Of a stretch of DNA of 32,000 nt, positions 1 through 7,150 are shown one piece after another. The notes under the pieces were generated by a model, which saw nothing but the letters and a program-made list of their open reading frames with translations, made no database searches and had not been told where the DNA came from. Numbering within the stretch: position 1 is the stretch's first letter; each line of letters begins with the position of its first letter. Source of the stretch: Acaryochloris marina MBIC11017 (GTDB taxonomy: Bacteria; Cyanobacteriota; Cyanobacteriia; Thermosynechococcales; Thermosynechococcaceae); assembly GCF_000018105.1 (NCBI RefSeq), contig NC_009932.1, positions 30,001 to 62,000 on the forward strand, in the 5' to 3' direction. Position numbers and translations under genes: made by a program.

Positions 1-34
1 CACCTTCACATTGATACCAAAGGTCTCTTACTGA

Positions 35-274
35 TCAACCCCAAGATAAGGCCACTCGCTCGCGATCGAGAAAGTCTCCGACCATCTCCGCGATCCGCTC
101 CATCGCTTCTGTTGGTCGCTGCTCGATCACTTGCTGAATATCAAACGTAGCCTCAAGTTCCAAACAACATTCCCAGCAATATTTAGAAGTATCAAAAACT
201 GCTCTTACAAAAGGTTTTCGTGAACCTCTCTCGATGATCCAAAATTGCCCAGCCCCTATCTTTGATACTCTCAA
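35..274 (-). CDS. Hypothetical protein; carries the ~70-aa conserved C-terminal domain shared with 15664..16284 and the remnant at 2427..2579
   Basis: 79-aa ORF whose first codon is TTG. The segment FWIIERGSRKPF..CWECCLELEATFDIQQV..DRERVALSWG aligns colinearly with FWITIEGSGKPF..CFECALELENTFDVLQV..DRERVCRVWG of the 206-aa protein. No known family recognised. Confidence 0.5.
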   Translation of the reverse strand: MRVSKIGAGQFWIIERGSRKPFVRAVFDTSKYCWECCLELEATFDIQQVIEQRPTEAMERIAEMVGDFLDRERVALSWG

Positions 275-510
275 GCACTCAAGCTTGGCTCGTTTCCTGG
301 TCTTTTGAGCAATTCGCTTTTGGTAAGATCAAGTCTTTGGAATCTTCTTTCTAGACTGGCTGATGGTTTCAGAGATCTCTGCTGGTTGGTTCGGGGTTGA
401 ATCGTGGGCAGGGGCACCGATTTGTAATGCTTTGATGGGATCTGGATGATCGGGCTTGAAGTTTTTTGGAGGACTAGCTTGGGTTTGAGAAGCGTTGTTG
501 AAGAATTCAA
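271..510 (-). pseudogene. N-terminal-like portion of the same family in a different frame; apparent frameshift or split of a full-length paralog spanning 35..510
   Basis: The 79-aa ORF (TLLKPK..PLPTIQPR..SLERRFQRL) loosely parallels the Pro/Lys-rich N-terminus of 15664..16284 (LISLKPK..AFPTIARK..FNALERRQKNL). It ends in a TGA that overlaps the TTG of 35..274 in another frame. Confidence 0.35.
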
Positions 511-584
511 GGCTGATATCCTCCGCTCATTTCACGGCCAGTTTAACGGGACAACCGCCGAAGCTAAAGGTAACGTTTCAAAAC

Positions 585-1043
585 TTACAGACGGCTGTTT
601 ATCTTCGACAGCAATTCCCTCGCTGCCTTTGTCTTTGCTTCCTGCTTAGATGATCCTTCACCATTTTCTTGAAGGCCCATCGCTTGGACATTACAACTGA
701 ACCCGTTTGGTCTCTCCGAAAACCCATATCTGGGCAAAGTAATCTGCTGCTTTTGACACAGCTCCTGCAATTGCCCGATTGGATTCTCCACCCAATCATC
801 CCCCTGGCTAATGGGTTTTTCTGGGATTTCTCCTTGGTTTTCTTCGGATTCTTGGCCCAGATGTAAGACTCTAATCTGTTTCTCTGCTTGTCGAATAGCT
901 TGTTTCCTGGCTCTCTCAAGAAGCTTGACCAGGGCATCTTCTGGGTCGTCGTTTGGGAAAAGGTAGGCGAGGAATCCAATCTGCTCTTCGGTTATATGGA
1001 TGTTGAGGTTGTGAGAATGTTGCGATCGCAAAGTCGTCTCCAA
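585..1043 (-). CDS. Small double-stranded-RNA-binding-domain (DSRM) protein with a possible N-terminal ribbon-helix-helix
   Basis: The C-terminal 65 aa, NPIGQLQELCQKQQITLPRYGF..FSCNVQAMG..GEGSSKQEAKTKAARELLSKI, fits the DSRM pattern (P..LQE..QK..P.Y...F...V...G.G.SK.EAK..AA..L). The N-terminal NIHITEEQIGFLAYLF..PEDALVKLLERARKQ has a strand-helix-helix look. The track start is TTG at 1043. A second TTG at 1031 sits 6 nt after GGAG. There is no internal ATG near the 5' end. Confidence 0.75.
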   Translation of the reverse strand: METTLRSQHSHNLNIHITEEQIGFLAYLFPNDDPEDALVKLLERARKQAIRQAEKQIRVLHLGQESEENQGEIPEKPISQGDDWVENPIGQLQELCQKQQITLPRYGFSERPNGFSCNVQAMGLQENGEGSSKQEAKTKAARELLSKINSRL

Positions 1044-1139
1044 AAAATTTAAGACCTGGACTTAATCAAAAATAATCTGAATCGTAAGCCCCTAAAGGGA
1101 TTCAATCTAAGATTTTAATCCAAATATATAAGATAGTAG

Positions 1140-1356
1140 TTTGCACACATAGGCATTTAAATATTTAAGTATTTACTTATGTACATGTATACGTAAATGC
1201 ATAAACAAAGAAATACGTAATATTAGTCATACTGAAGTCTATCAGCATTTACTTATAAACACGCATAAGCCTGTACTCATGTATTTGCGTATGCATTTGC
1301 ATAAATATGCTCATACGTATAAGCTTGCTTATGCAAACATTTAAGAGACTACGTAT
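1140..1356. promoter_or_regulatory. AT-rich repeat array upstream of parA: candidate centromere/operator (parC-like) plus divergent promoters
   Basis: ATACGTA occurs at 1189, 1213 and 1313, with CTACGTA at 1349. TGCATAAA occurs at 1198 and 1298. AAGTATTTAC is at 1167 and the related GCATTTACTTAT at ~1245. The same words recur downstream of the operon at 2345..2415. Confidence 0.5.
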
Positions 1357-1998
1357 GTGGGTAAGATCATTAGCTTAGTCAATGAAAAGGGTGGAAGTAC
1401 AAAAAGTACAACCTGTGTACATCTGGCGACTTGGCTTAAGAATGCTGATTACAACGTGTGCGTCATTGATGCCGATCCTCAGAAAAGCTCATCTGTATGG
1501 ATTGAGTCCTTAGAATTGGATATCCCATGCACATTGATGTTTTCTGCGGACGACCTAATTGATAAGACTGGAGACCTCGCCGATGAGTTTGACTATGTAG
1601 TCATTGATAGTCCTGGAAAAACTGATGAAATTACTCGCGCAATTTTGTTAGTGAGTGATTTCGCACTACTACCAGTCCCCCCAGCGGGCTTGGATCTACA
1701 TCCAAGCCAAAAAACTGTTCGCCTCGTCAAGCAAGCGCAGAAAGTTAGGGGTGGATTGCCAAAAGGAGCGCTATTCATAAACAGAGCAGGTAAAAATACT
1801 CGCTTAAAGGATGAAACGAAGCAAGCTCTGAAAGACATCAAGGAAGTAGACACTCTTGAAACGATAGTCCATTTCAAGCAAGTGATCATCGATTCATTTG
1901 GTCAAGGTCAGACCGTCTTCTCAATGAAAGGTAGAGCTGCCAAAGATGCGGCGAGGGAATTCAACAAGTTATTTACTGAGTTATTGGAGATTATGTAA
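1357..1998 (+). CDS. parA: ParA/Soj-family partition ATPase (small, type Ib-like)
   Basis: Deviant Walker A NEKGGSTKSTT, VIDADPQ and VVIDSPG motifs; 213 aa; GTG start. Its TAA stop overlaps the ATG of the next gene (TAATG). Confidence 0.9.
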   Translation: MGKIISLVNEKGGSTKSTTCVHLATWLKNADYNVCVIDADPQKSSSVWIESLELDIPCTLMFSADDLIDKTGDLADEFDYVVIDSPGKTDEITRAILLVSDFALLPVPPAGLDLHPSQKTVRLVKQAQKVRGGLPKGALFINRAGKNTRLKDETKQALKDIKEVDTLETIVHFKQVIIDSFGQGQTVFSMKGRAAKDAAREFNKLFTELLEIM

Positions 1999-2303
1999 TG
2001 GCAAGAAAACCGCTGAACCAAGCAGCAAAAGCATTTCTATCAGGAGAAGCAACAGATGTAGAGGCTTCCGTTGAGACGGTGACCCCAACAACCACTACGC
2101 CTACAGAGGTTAAAGACGATGCTCCAAATGGTTTGATTGATTCACTGTCTCTGACGCCTCAAGAAAAGCCTGCGCCAATGACAATTACCATCCTTCCCAG
2201 TCGGAAAAACAAACTTCAGCAATTATCCCAATCAACCGGACGTAATATGTCAGAGCTTATTGGAATTGCCTTAGACAGAATGTTTAATGATGCAAATATT
2301 TGA
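1998..2303 (+). CDS. Small partition adaptor / centromere-binding protein with a C-terminal ribbon-helix-helix (ParG-like)
   Basis: 101 aa, translationally coupled to parA. The N-terminus is disordered and Thr/Pro-rich. The C-terminal MTITILPSRKNKLQQLSQSTGRNMSELIGIALDRMF has an RHH strand-helix-helix pattern. Confidence 0.65.
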   Translation: MARKPLNQAAKAFLSGEATDVEASVETVTPTTTTPTEVKDDAPNGLIDSLSLTPQEKPAPMTITILPSRKNKLQQLSQSTGRNMSELIGIALDRMFNDANI

Positions 2304-2308
2304 TCCAC

Positions 2309-2331
2309 TCCCACGGCTGAAGCTCGTGGGA
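2309..2331 (+). terminator. Hairpin just after the par operon stop (weak terminator candidate)
   Basis: TCCCACG (2309-2315) pairs perfectly with CGTGGGA (2325-2331) across a 9-nt loop. The hairpin is followed by TTCGGG, so there is no strong U-tract. Confidence 0.3.
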
Positions 2332-2344
2332 TTCGGGAATCAAA

Positions 2345-2415
2345 TGCTCTGTAAGTATTTACACATGTATTATCTTACGCACTTAAATACGTATGTACAT
2401 ACGTAAGTTTATAAA
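2345..2415. promoter_or_regulatory. Second copy of the par-associated repeat words downstream of the operon (parC2-like candidate)
   Basis: AAGTATTTAC at 2353 is identical to the 10-mer at 1167. ATACGTA occurs at 2387 and 2399, and TGTACAT as in the upstream array. Confidence 0.45.
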
Positions 2416-2426
2416 TACTCTCAACT

Positions 2427-2579
2427 TCAAACCCTACTCACCCGCTCCCGGTCCAGCCACACCCCGATCATCTCCTCGATCCGCTCGATAGTTTCCCCTG
2501 GCCGCAGACTTAAAACCTGCAATACATCGAACGTGTTCTCCAATTCAAGGGCGCATATATAACAATAATCGGGACTTTG
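2427..2579 (-). pseudogene. 3' remnant (about 50 codons) of the repeated family gene
   Basis: It translates to ..SPDYCYICALELENTFDVLQVLSLRPGETIERIEEMIGVWLDRERVSRV*. It is roughly 85% nucleotide-identical by eye to 15670..15790. An in-frame TAA at 2580-2582 removes the rest of the gene. Confidence 0.6.
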
Positions 2580-2589
2580 TTAGCCCAGA

Positions 2590-3879
2590 TTATCCATATT
2601 GCTTCTTAACTTTGGCGTGTTCATTGGAGTCATCTAAGGTCGGCAACGCTTGACCTAGATCTTCAACTTCATGCCCCACATGCTGGCCACTCCCTTTGCC
2701 ATCTTCTGCAACGTTCAAGTCATACACTGTATCTCCCTCTTGTGGAGTAATATAGGCGGTTACTTTCGCTTCTGTTTGATTGTCATTATTGAAATAGACC
2801 TCATCCCCCGTTTTGCCTGTAACCCAAGGGTTATCCCACAAGGCGTCAAAGGCTTTTCCCTTAATACTTTGTTCGGTCTCTCCTCGTATATAAACAAAGC
2901 TTCTTGGACCCTCATGATAGACCTGGTTTAAGATATTCCGATGTATGTTGATCGGAGCATACCGCTGGTAACCACCAGATCCAACCTTGTATTCTGAATT
3001 AGGGATCTGATCATTACCATTATCAGTCCTGAATTTTGCCGGAGCATTTGTCCATAATGCTCGTTGAATTAGCTCATCCGATAGACTCTTTTGGGTAAAT
3101 CCCCCAGTTCCTGATTTTTGAGAATTTTTGCTGTTGATGGGATTGCCAGTGCCAACCTGCTGCACTACATGGGTTAACTCATGGGCAATTAGCTCTTGCC
3201 CTCCACGATCTCCTGGCTGATAGGCTCCCTCTCGGAAAAATACATCCTGACCTGTTGTAAATGCCCGCGCCTGAATTGATTGATTCAATTGGTCTGACTG
3301 GGTATCCGTATGCACCTTCACCTCACTAAAATCAGCACCCATCACCTGACCCATTGACCGTTGCAACCTTGCATCCAAAGACTTTCCACTGCCTCTCGCA
3401 CTATTGATTGCAGACTCTAAATCTGCTGATGCTTCTTCATCTGTCATTGCTTGACGACGCTGGATAGCAGCACGAAGACTTTTCGCTTGCATCCCACCTT
3501 CCAGTTCTTTCTCTTGCTGTACAGATTGCCCTTGATTGAATTGGGATAAAGAAGGGGCATTAATTTGCTGTACTACCTGGGAAGCAACCCGATCCGCTTC
3601 CTGTTCATACTTATCTCCCGGTTGTCCAAGGGTTAGCTTCCGCTGAATCCAGGGTTGTACCAATTCTCCGGATGGATTGGGAACCTTATCTTTCCAAGGC
3701 GTTCCAAACCTTTCCCACTTCTCCTGTTGAGCTTTCCATTCAGCCAAACCCTCTTCATTTGTTTTGGCTTGAAGAGGGGGAGGAACTGGTGTTGCTGATT
3801 GAGCTTGATCTGATGATATTGGTTGAGGTATCGGTTGTGACTTAGATTTTTCTGGCTTATAAGCATGAGTACGCTTCAT
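2590..3879 (-). CDS. DUF4157 (zincin-like HExxH) domain protein with an unrecognised ~170-aa C-terminal domain; toxin/effector-like
   Basis: LDARLQRSMGQVMGADFSEVKVHTDTQSDQLNQSIQARAFTTGQDVFFREGAYQPGDRGGQELIAHELTHVVQQ is a near-textbook DUF4157 core. The ATG at 3879 is preferred over the track TTG at 3936 because GGGAG lies 7 nt upstream of it. Confidence 0.8.
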   Translation of the reverse strand: MKRTHAYKPEKSKSQPIPQPISSDQAQSATPVPPPLQAKTNEEGLAEWKAQQEKWERFGTPWKDKVPNPSGELVQPWIQRKLTLGQPGDKYEQEADRVASQVVQQINAPSLSQFNQGQSVQQEKELEGGMQAKSLRAAIQRRQAMTDEEASADLESAINSARGSGKSLDARLQRSMGQVMGADFSEVKVHTDTQSDQLNQSIQARAFTTGQDVFFREGAYQPGDRGGQELIAHELTHVVQQVGTGNPINSKNSQKSGTGGFTQKSLSDELIQRALWTNAPAKFRTDNGNDQIPNSEYKVGSGGYQRYAPINIHRNILNQVYHEGPRSFVYIRGETEQSIKGKAFDALWDNPWVTGKTGDEVYFNNDNQTEAKVTAYITPQEGDTVYDLNVAEDGKGSGQHVGHEVEDLGQALPTLDDSNEHAKVKKQYG

Positions 3880-4036
3880 CAACAGTCTCCCATTAGAAAC
3901 CGAATCACATACATTTAATCCTAAACCCAAAGACAAAATTCTCAGGATAGAAATATTAATGGAGAAGCCTTAACTGACATAAAGAATCCATCACTCTACC
4001 TTGTGAATTCCTTGTCACCCCCAAAGACATTCTGGA

Positions 4037-5554
4037 TTATGGAGGGAGTGCCTCTAGCATTGACATAGCATCTTCATAGCCTTTTTGATTCTTTAGTTGC
4101 TTGTATAACTGTGCTGCTTCTGTCATGTCAGCAATCGCACCTTTGCGATCACCAAGACTGCGCCGAACAATGGCTCGATTATAGTAGGCACCCGCATGAT
4201 CTGGATTCAGCTGAATCGCCTTGTCATAGTCAGTAATCGCACCGTTGGGATCACTAAGTCTGAAACGGGTATTGCCTCGATTATAGTAAGCACCTGGATA
4301 ATCTGGATTCAGCTGTATCGCCTTGTCATAGTCAGCAATCGCCCCGTTTAGATCACCTAGCTCAGACAAAGCATTGCCCCGGTTATTATAGGCAAGAGCA
4401 TTATCTGGATTCAGTTGAATTGTCTTTTCAAAATCAGCAATCGCGCCTCTATTATCGCCAAGTCTGTACCGATCAATGCCTCGATTGTAGTAAGCACCTG
4501 CATTAACTGGATTCAGTTGAATCGCCTTGCTGTAGTCAGCAATCGCACCTTCGCGATCACCAAGCTCAGACAAAGCATTACCTCGATTATTGTACGCAAA
4601 AGAATCATCCGGATTCAATTGAATCGCCTTTTCAAAATCAGCAATTGCGCCTTTATTATCGTTGAAGTTCTGCCGAAGTAAGCCTCGATTATTGTATGCA
4701 TTAGCATAGTCAGCATTCAGTCGAATTGCACGGGTGTAGAGTTCAATTGCAGCTTTATTATCATTTTGTTGCCGTGCTTTTTCCGCCCGCAAAAACCAAT
4801 CATCTGCGGTTAGTTCAGCACTTTCAGAAATGGATGGAGAGGGGCTACTTGGAACAGTTTTTCCTTGATCGGTAAAGCTCAAGTAAGTGCTGATAGGAAT
4901 ACCAAGATTGAAGCCTGTTTTTAGATAAACCGCTCCCGTCAGTTGCTGTTGTTGTTCAGCATCCGCTCTACCATGAATCCCAATCAGTGACCCTTGCTCA
5001 TCTAAGACGGCCCCACCACTCATCCCAGGCAAGGTGCTATTGCTATATACCAATGCATACCCATCAGCCAATGGGCGTTTTGCATTGGCAGTGATACTCC
5101 CTTGGGTAAAGTTAAACACCCGATCCGTTATGGCAGTGGTGGGGGCTGGAAATCCCGAGACAAAAATGGGGGTGCCGGATAGGGCTTGGGTTGAGTCACC
5201 TATCTCAGCTATGGTGTAACTTGTTTGACTTTCAAATTCTACTAGGGCTAAGTCCACACCTGGGAATTTCTTGACTCGCTGATAATCCAGAGAATAGCTC
5301 TGACCATCATGGGTGATGATTTCATACTCATCTTCCGTTTCCACTACATGGGCGGCTGTTAAAACGGTGTAAGTTTCTCCCTGCTTCTTAACCAACACCC
5401 CTGATCCAGGATTTTGACCTTCGATACGGACGGTTACCCCTTGAGCAATTTTCCCCACCTCCCTCGCACTCAACGCTTGGGCCGACTGAAAGGGAGTGGC
5501 AACCAATGCCGCTATACCAAGTGTAAAAACTTGCAACCGATAGTCAAATCTCAT
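4037..5554 (-). CDS. Secreted trypsin-like (S1) serine protease fused to a C-terminal TPR array
   Basis: Catalytic motifs LTAAHVV (His), DLALVEF (Asp) and PGMSGGAVLD (Ser), followed by about 7 TPR units (AxxYNNRGxxxxxLGDxxGAIADYxKAIQLNPD). The signal peptide MRFDYRLQVFTLGIAALVATPFQSAQA starts at the ATG at 5554. An alternative ATG lies at 5593. Confidence 0.85.
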   Translation of the reverse strand: MRFDYRLQVFTLGIAALVATPFQSAQALSAREVGKIAQGVTVRIEGQNPGSGVLVKKQGETYTVLTAAHVVETEDEYEIITHDGQSYSLDYQRVKKFPGVDLALVEFESQTSYTIAEIGDSTQALSGTPIFVSGFPAPTTAITDRVFNFTQGSITANAKRPLADGYALVYSNSTLPGMSGGAVLDEQGSLIGIHGRADAEQQQQLTGAVYLKTGFNLGIPISTYLSFTDQGKTVPSSPSPSISESAELTADDWFLRAEKARQQNDNKAAIELYTRAIRLNADYANAYNNRGLLRQNFNDNKGAIADFEKAIQLNPDDSFAYNNRGNALSELGDREGAIADYSKAIQLNPVNAGAYYNRGIDRYRLGDNRGAIADFEKTIQLNPDNALAYNNRGNALSELGDLNGAIADYDKAIQLNPDYPGAYYNRGNTRFRLSDPNGAITDYDKAIQLNPDHAGAYYNRAIVRRSLGDRKGAIADMTEAAQLYKQLKNQKGYEDAMSMLEALPP

Positions 5555-5601
5555 CTCAGGTATATTGCTGTTGCAACGATACTCTCCAATCATATGGGAT
5601 T

Positions 5602-5645
5602 AGAGGAGCTATCCAAGGCGATTAATCGCTTAGGATAGCTCCTCT
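5602..5645. repeat. 44-nt near-perfect palindrome / long stem-loop between the 158-aa gene and the protease gene
   Basis: AGAGGAGCTATCC (5602-5614) is the exact reverse complement of GGATAGCTCCTCT (5633-5645). The inner part, AAGGCGATTAATCGCTTA, is itself nearly palindromic. There is no U-tract on either strand. Confidence 0.8.
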
Positions 5646-5764
5646 GACTATCTACAGAACGGGGTTATCGTCCCGCTTATTTCAGAAGCAAAATCCAGAT
5701 GATAATCCCCCAGATCCAACCGATGGAGCCTGTGTGCAACAAGAGCGTTTAGAATCGTTGTAAG

Positions 5765-6232
5765 CTATCCCTCTATGGGAATGGAAGCGATCAAGTCTGA
5801 TAAGACTTCGGCATTGCCAAAGGTTACTGGCCCCCAAGCACTCTGCTTAACTTCGAATTCACCATTAAGTGTGTTTACGTAGTGAATTCCTTGAATGGTT
5901 GTTGCATGAAGCCCTGTTTGATCTGGTGACATTTCAGCCAGACGATCTTGCCAGTCAGCATTCTCTCCCAACACCACCAGAAATAGGCCCACCTCAGCAA
6001 ACATCCACATAGAAGACAACTTCTTAGAAACCAAACGACGCCGTTCCTCTAGGAATTCATGGCCACTATTGCTTCCATCCCATAGGGTTATAGCTAAAGC
6101 ATATCGTGAAGTTATTCCGGTTTTTCTGGTAAAGAGCATACAGAGTTCATCTGGCAACTCTTGTATCTCTCGTGGATACACCGCAGGGAAAAGAAGAGAT
6201 TTCAGATTTGATACGTAGTTTATAAATTCCAT
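5765..6232 (-). CDS. Hypothetical cytoplasmic protein (last gene of the AT-rich three-gene module)
   Basis: 155-158-aa ORF with an ATG at 6232 (track GTG at 6241). It lies 63-72 nt downstream of the CD225 gene on the same strand. No family recognised. Confidence 0.55.
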   Translation of the reverse strand: MEFINYVSNLKSLLFPAVYPREIQELPDELCMLFTRKTGITSRYALAITLWDGSNSGHEFLEERRRLVSKKLSSMWMFAEVGLFLVVLGENADWQDRLAEMSPDQTGLHATTIQGIHYVNTLNGEFEVKQSAWGPVTFGNAEVLSDLIASIPIEG

Positions 6233-6304
6233 TTTTCTCACTCAAAAATCTATTGCAATCTAAACCAGTATCGCTATACAAACCAAGCAGTACTCCATTC
6301 AAAA

Positions 6305-7072
6305 TTAAAAACTATTTGTAACCAATAACGTAATCAAAACGTAAGCTAAAATACCAAATAAGAATGCAGCCCAACACCAATTTCTTGAAACAATTGATGC
6401 TTTCATCGCACCTCTATAATCACCTGTCCTATACTTTGAAATTGCCCTAGCTGCATACGTAATTGCTATGCTCCCTAGAGGGGCACAACAAAAAATTGTT
6501 ACTAAGATAGCCTGAGGAAGATAGTTAGGGATTTTATGCTGTCGTGCTAGGTATGGATTTAAAGAACTTTTCTGTAATTGATCTAAGCTAGAATTTATAG
6601 GTGAGTCAGTGATGACATTTTTGATTAACTGGCAAATTTCATTAGAATAGTATTGCAAATACCACTGAACCATCACATAGAAAAATCCAACACAAAAAAG
6701 TGTTAAGTTATATCCTACTAACCCGAATTTTGGAACAAGAAAAGCTATCAGAGAAGCTATCATTGAAACCCATATCAAGATATAGAGATATGGATGATTT
6801 AGCTGGATTTTAAAATGCAAAATTGTTTGATTAGAGTGACTTGTTAATTCTCCCTGAGCACGAAACCAAAAAGAATCACTATTAATTTTTTTCGGGCCAA
6901 TCATGGATAGATGATTTCCATTGAGATCTCCTCGGTAATATCGAGGAGATTCTCTCCAACTCCTTCCTTCAAGATAGATATCCTCACTGAACCTTAAGTC
7001 AAGTCGCTGCTGCGCTTGAAGCATAGGTATAGGAATCGTCAATTTCCTACGTCGAGATGGAATCAATAGCAT
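6305..7072 (-). CDS. Membrane protein with a C-terminal CD225/dispanin (IFITM-like) domain
   Basis: The C-terminal NYLPQAILVTIFCCAPLGSIAITYAARAISKYRTGDYRGAMKASIVSRNWCWAAFLFGILAYVL matches the CD225 pattern (..FCC.PLG..A..YA....Y..GDY.GA...S...). It is preceded by a ~100-aa soluble region and two TM helices. The start is uncertain: TTG 7081, ATG 7072 or ATG 7024. Confidence 0.7.
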   Translation of the reverse strand: MLLIPSRRRKLTIPIPMLQAQQRLDLRFSEDIYLEGRSWRESPRYYRGDLNGNHLSMIGPKKINSDSFWFRAQGELTSHSNQTILHFKIQLNHPYLYILIWVSMIASLIAFLVPKFGLVGYNLTLFCVGFFYVMVQWYLQYYSNEICQLIKNVITDSPINSSLDQLQKSSLNPYLARQHKIPNYLPQAILVTIFCCAPLGSIAITYAARAISKYRTGDYRGAMKASIVSRNWCWAAFLFGILAYVLITLLVTNSF

Positions 7073-7150
7073 CGCAATCAATACTGTATTTATAACTAAC
7101 TCGCATAATCGTTTCTTTATTCATCACACAGTATGAATTCAAAGATTTCT

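Noticed and set aside
599-979. 126-aa ORF in another frame inside the dsRBD gene
   Set aside because: It is completely nested in 585..1043, whose translation carries a clear DSRM signature. The nested ORF has a low-complexity, Arg/Lys/Ser-rich composition and no motif.
4100-4760. Regular ~102-nt periodic DNA repeats that could be mistaken for a tandem-repeat or CRISPR-like array
   Set aside because: The periodicity equals 34 codons. The repeats translate in frame into consecutive TPR units of the protease-TPR protein. There are no unique spacers, and the repeats are diverged at the nucleotide level.
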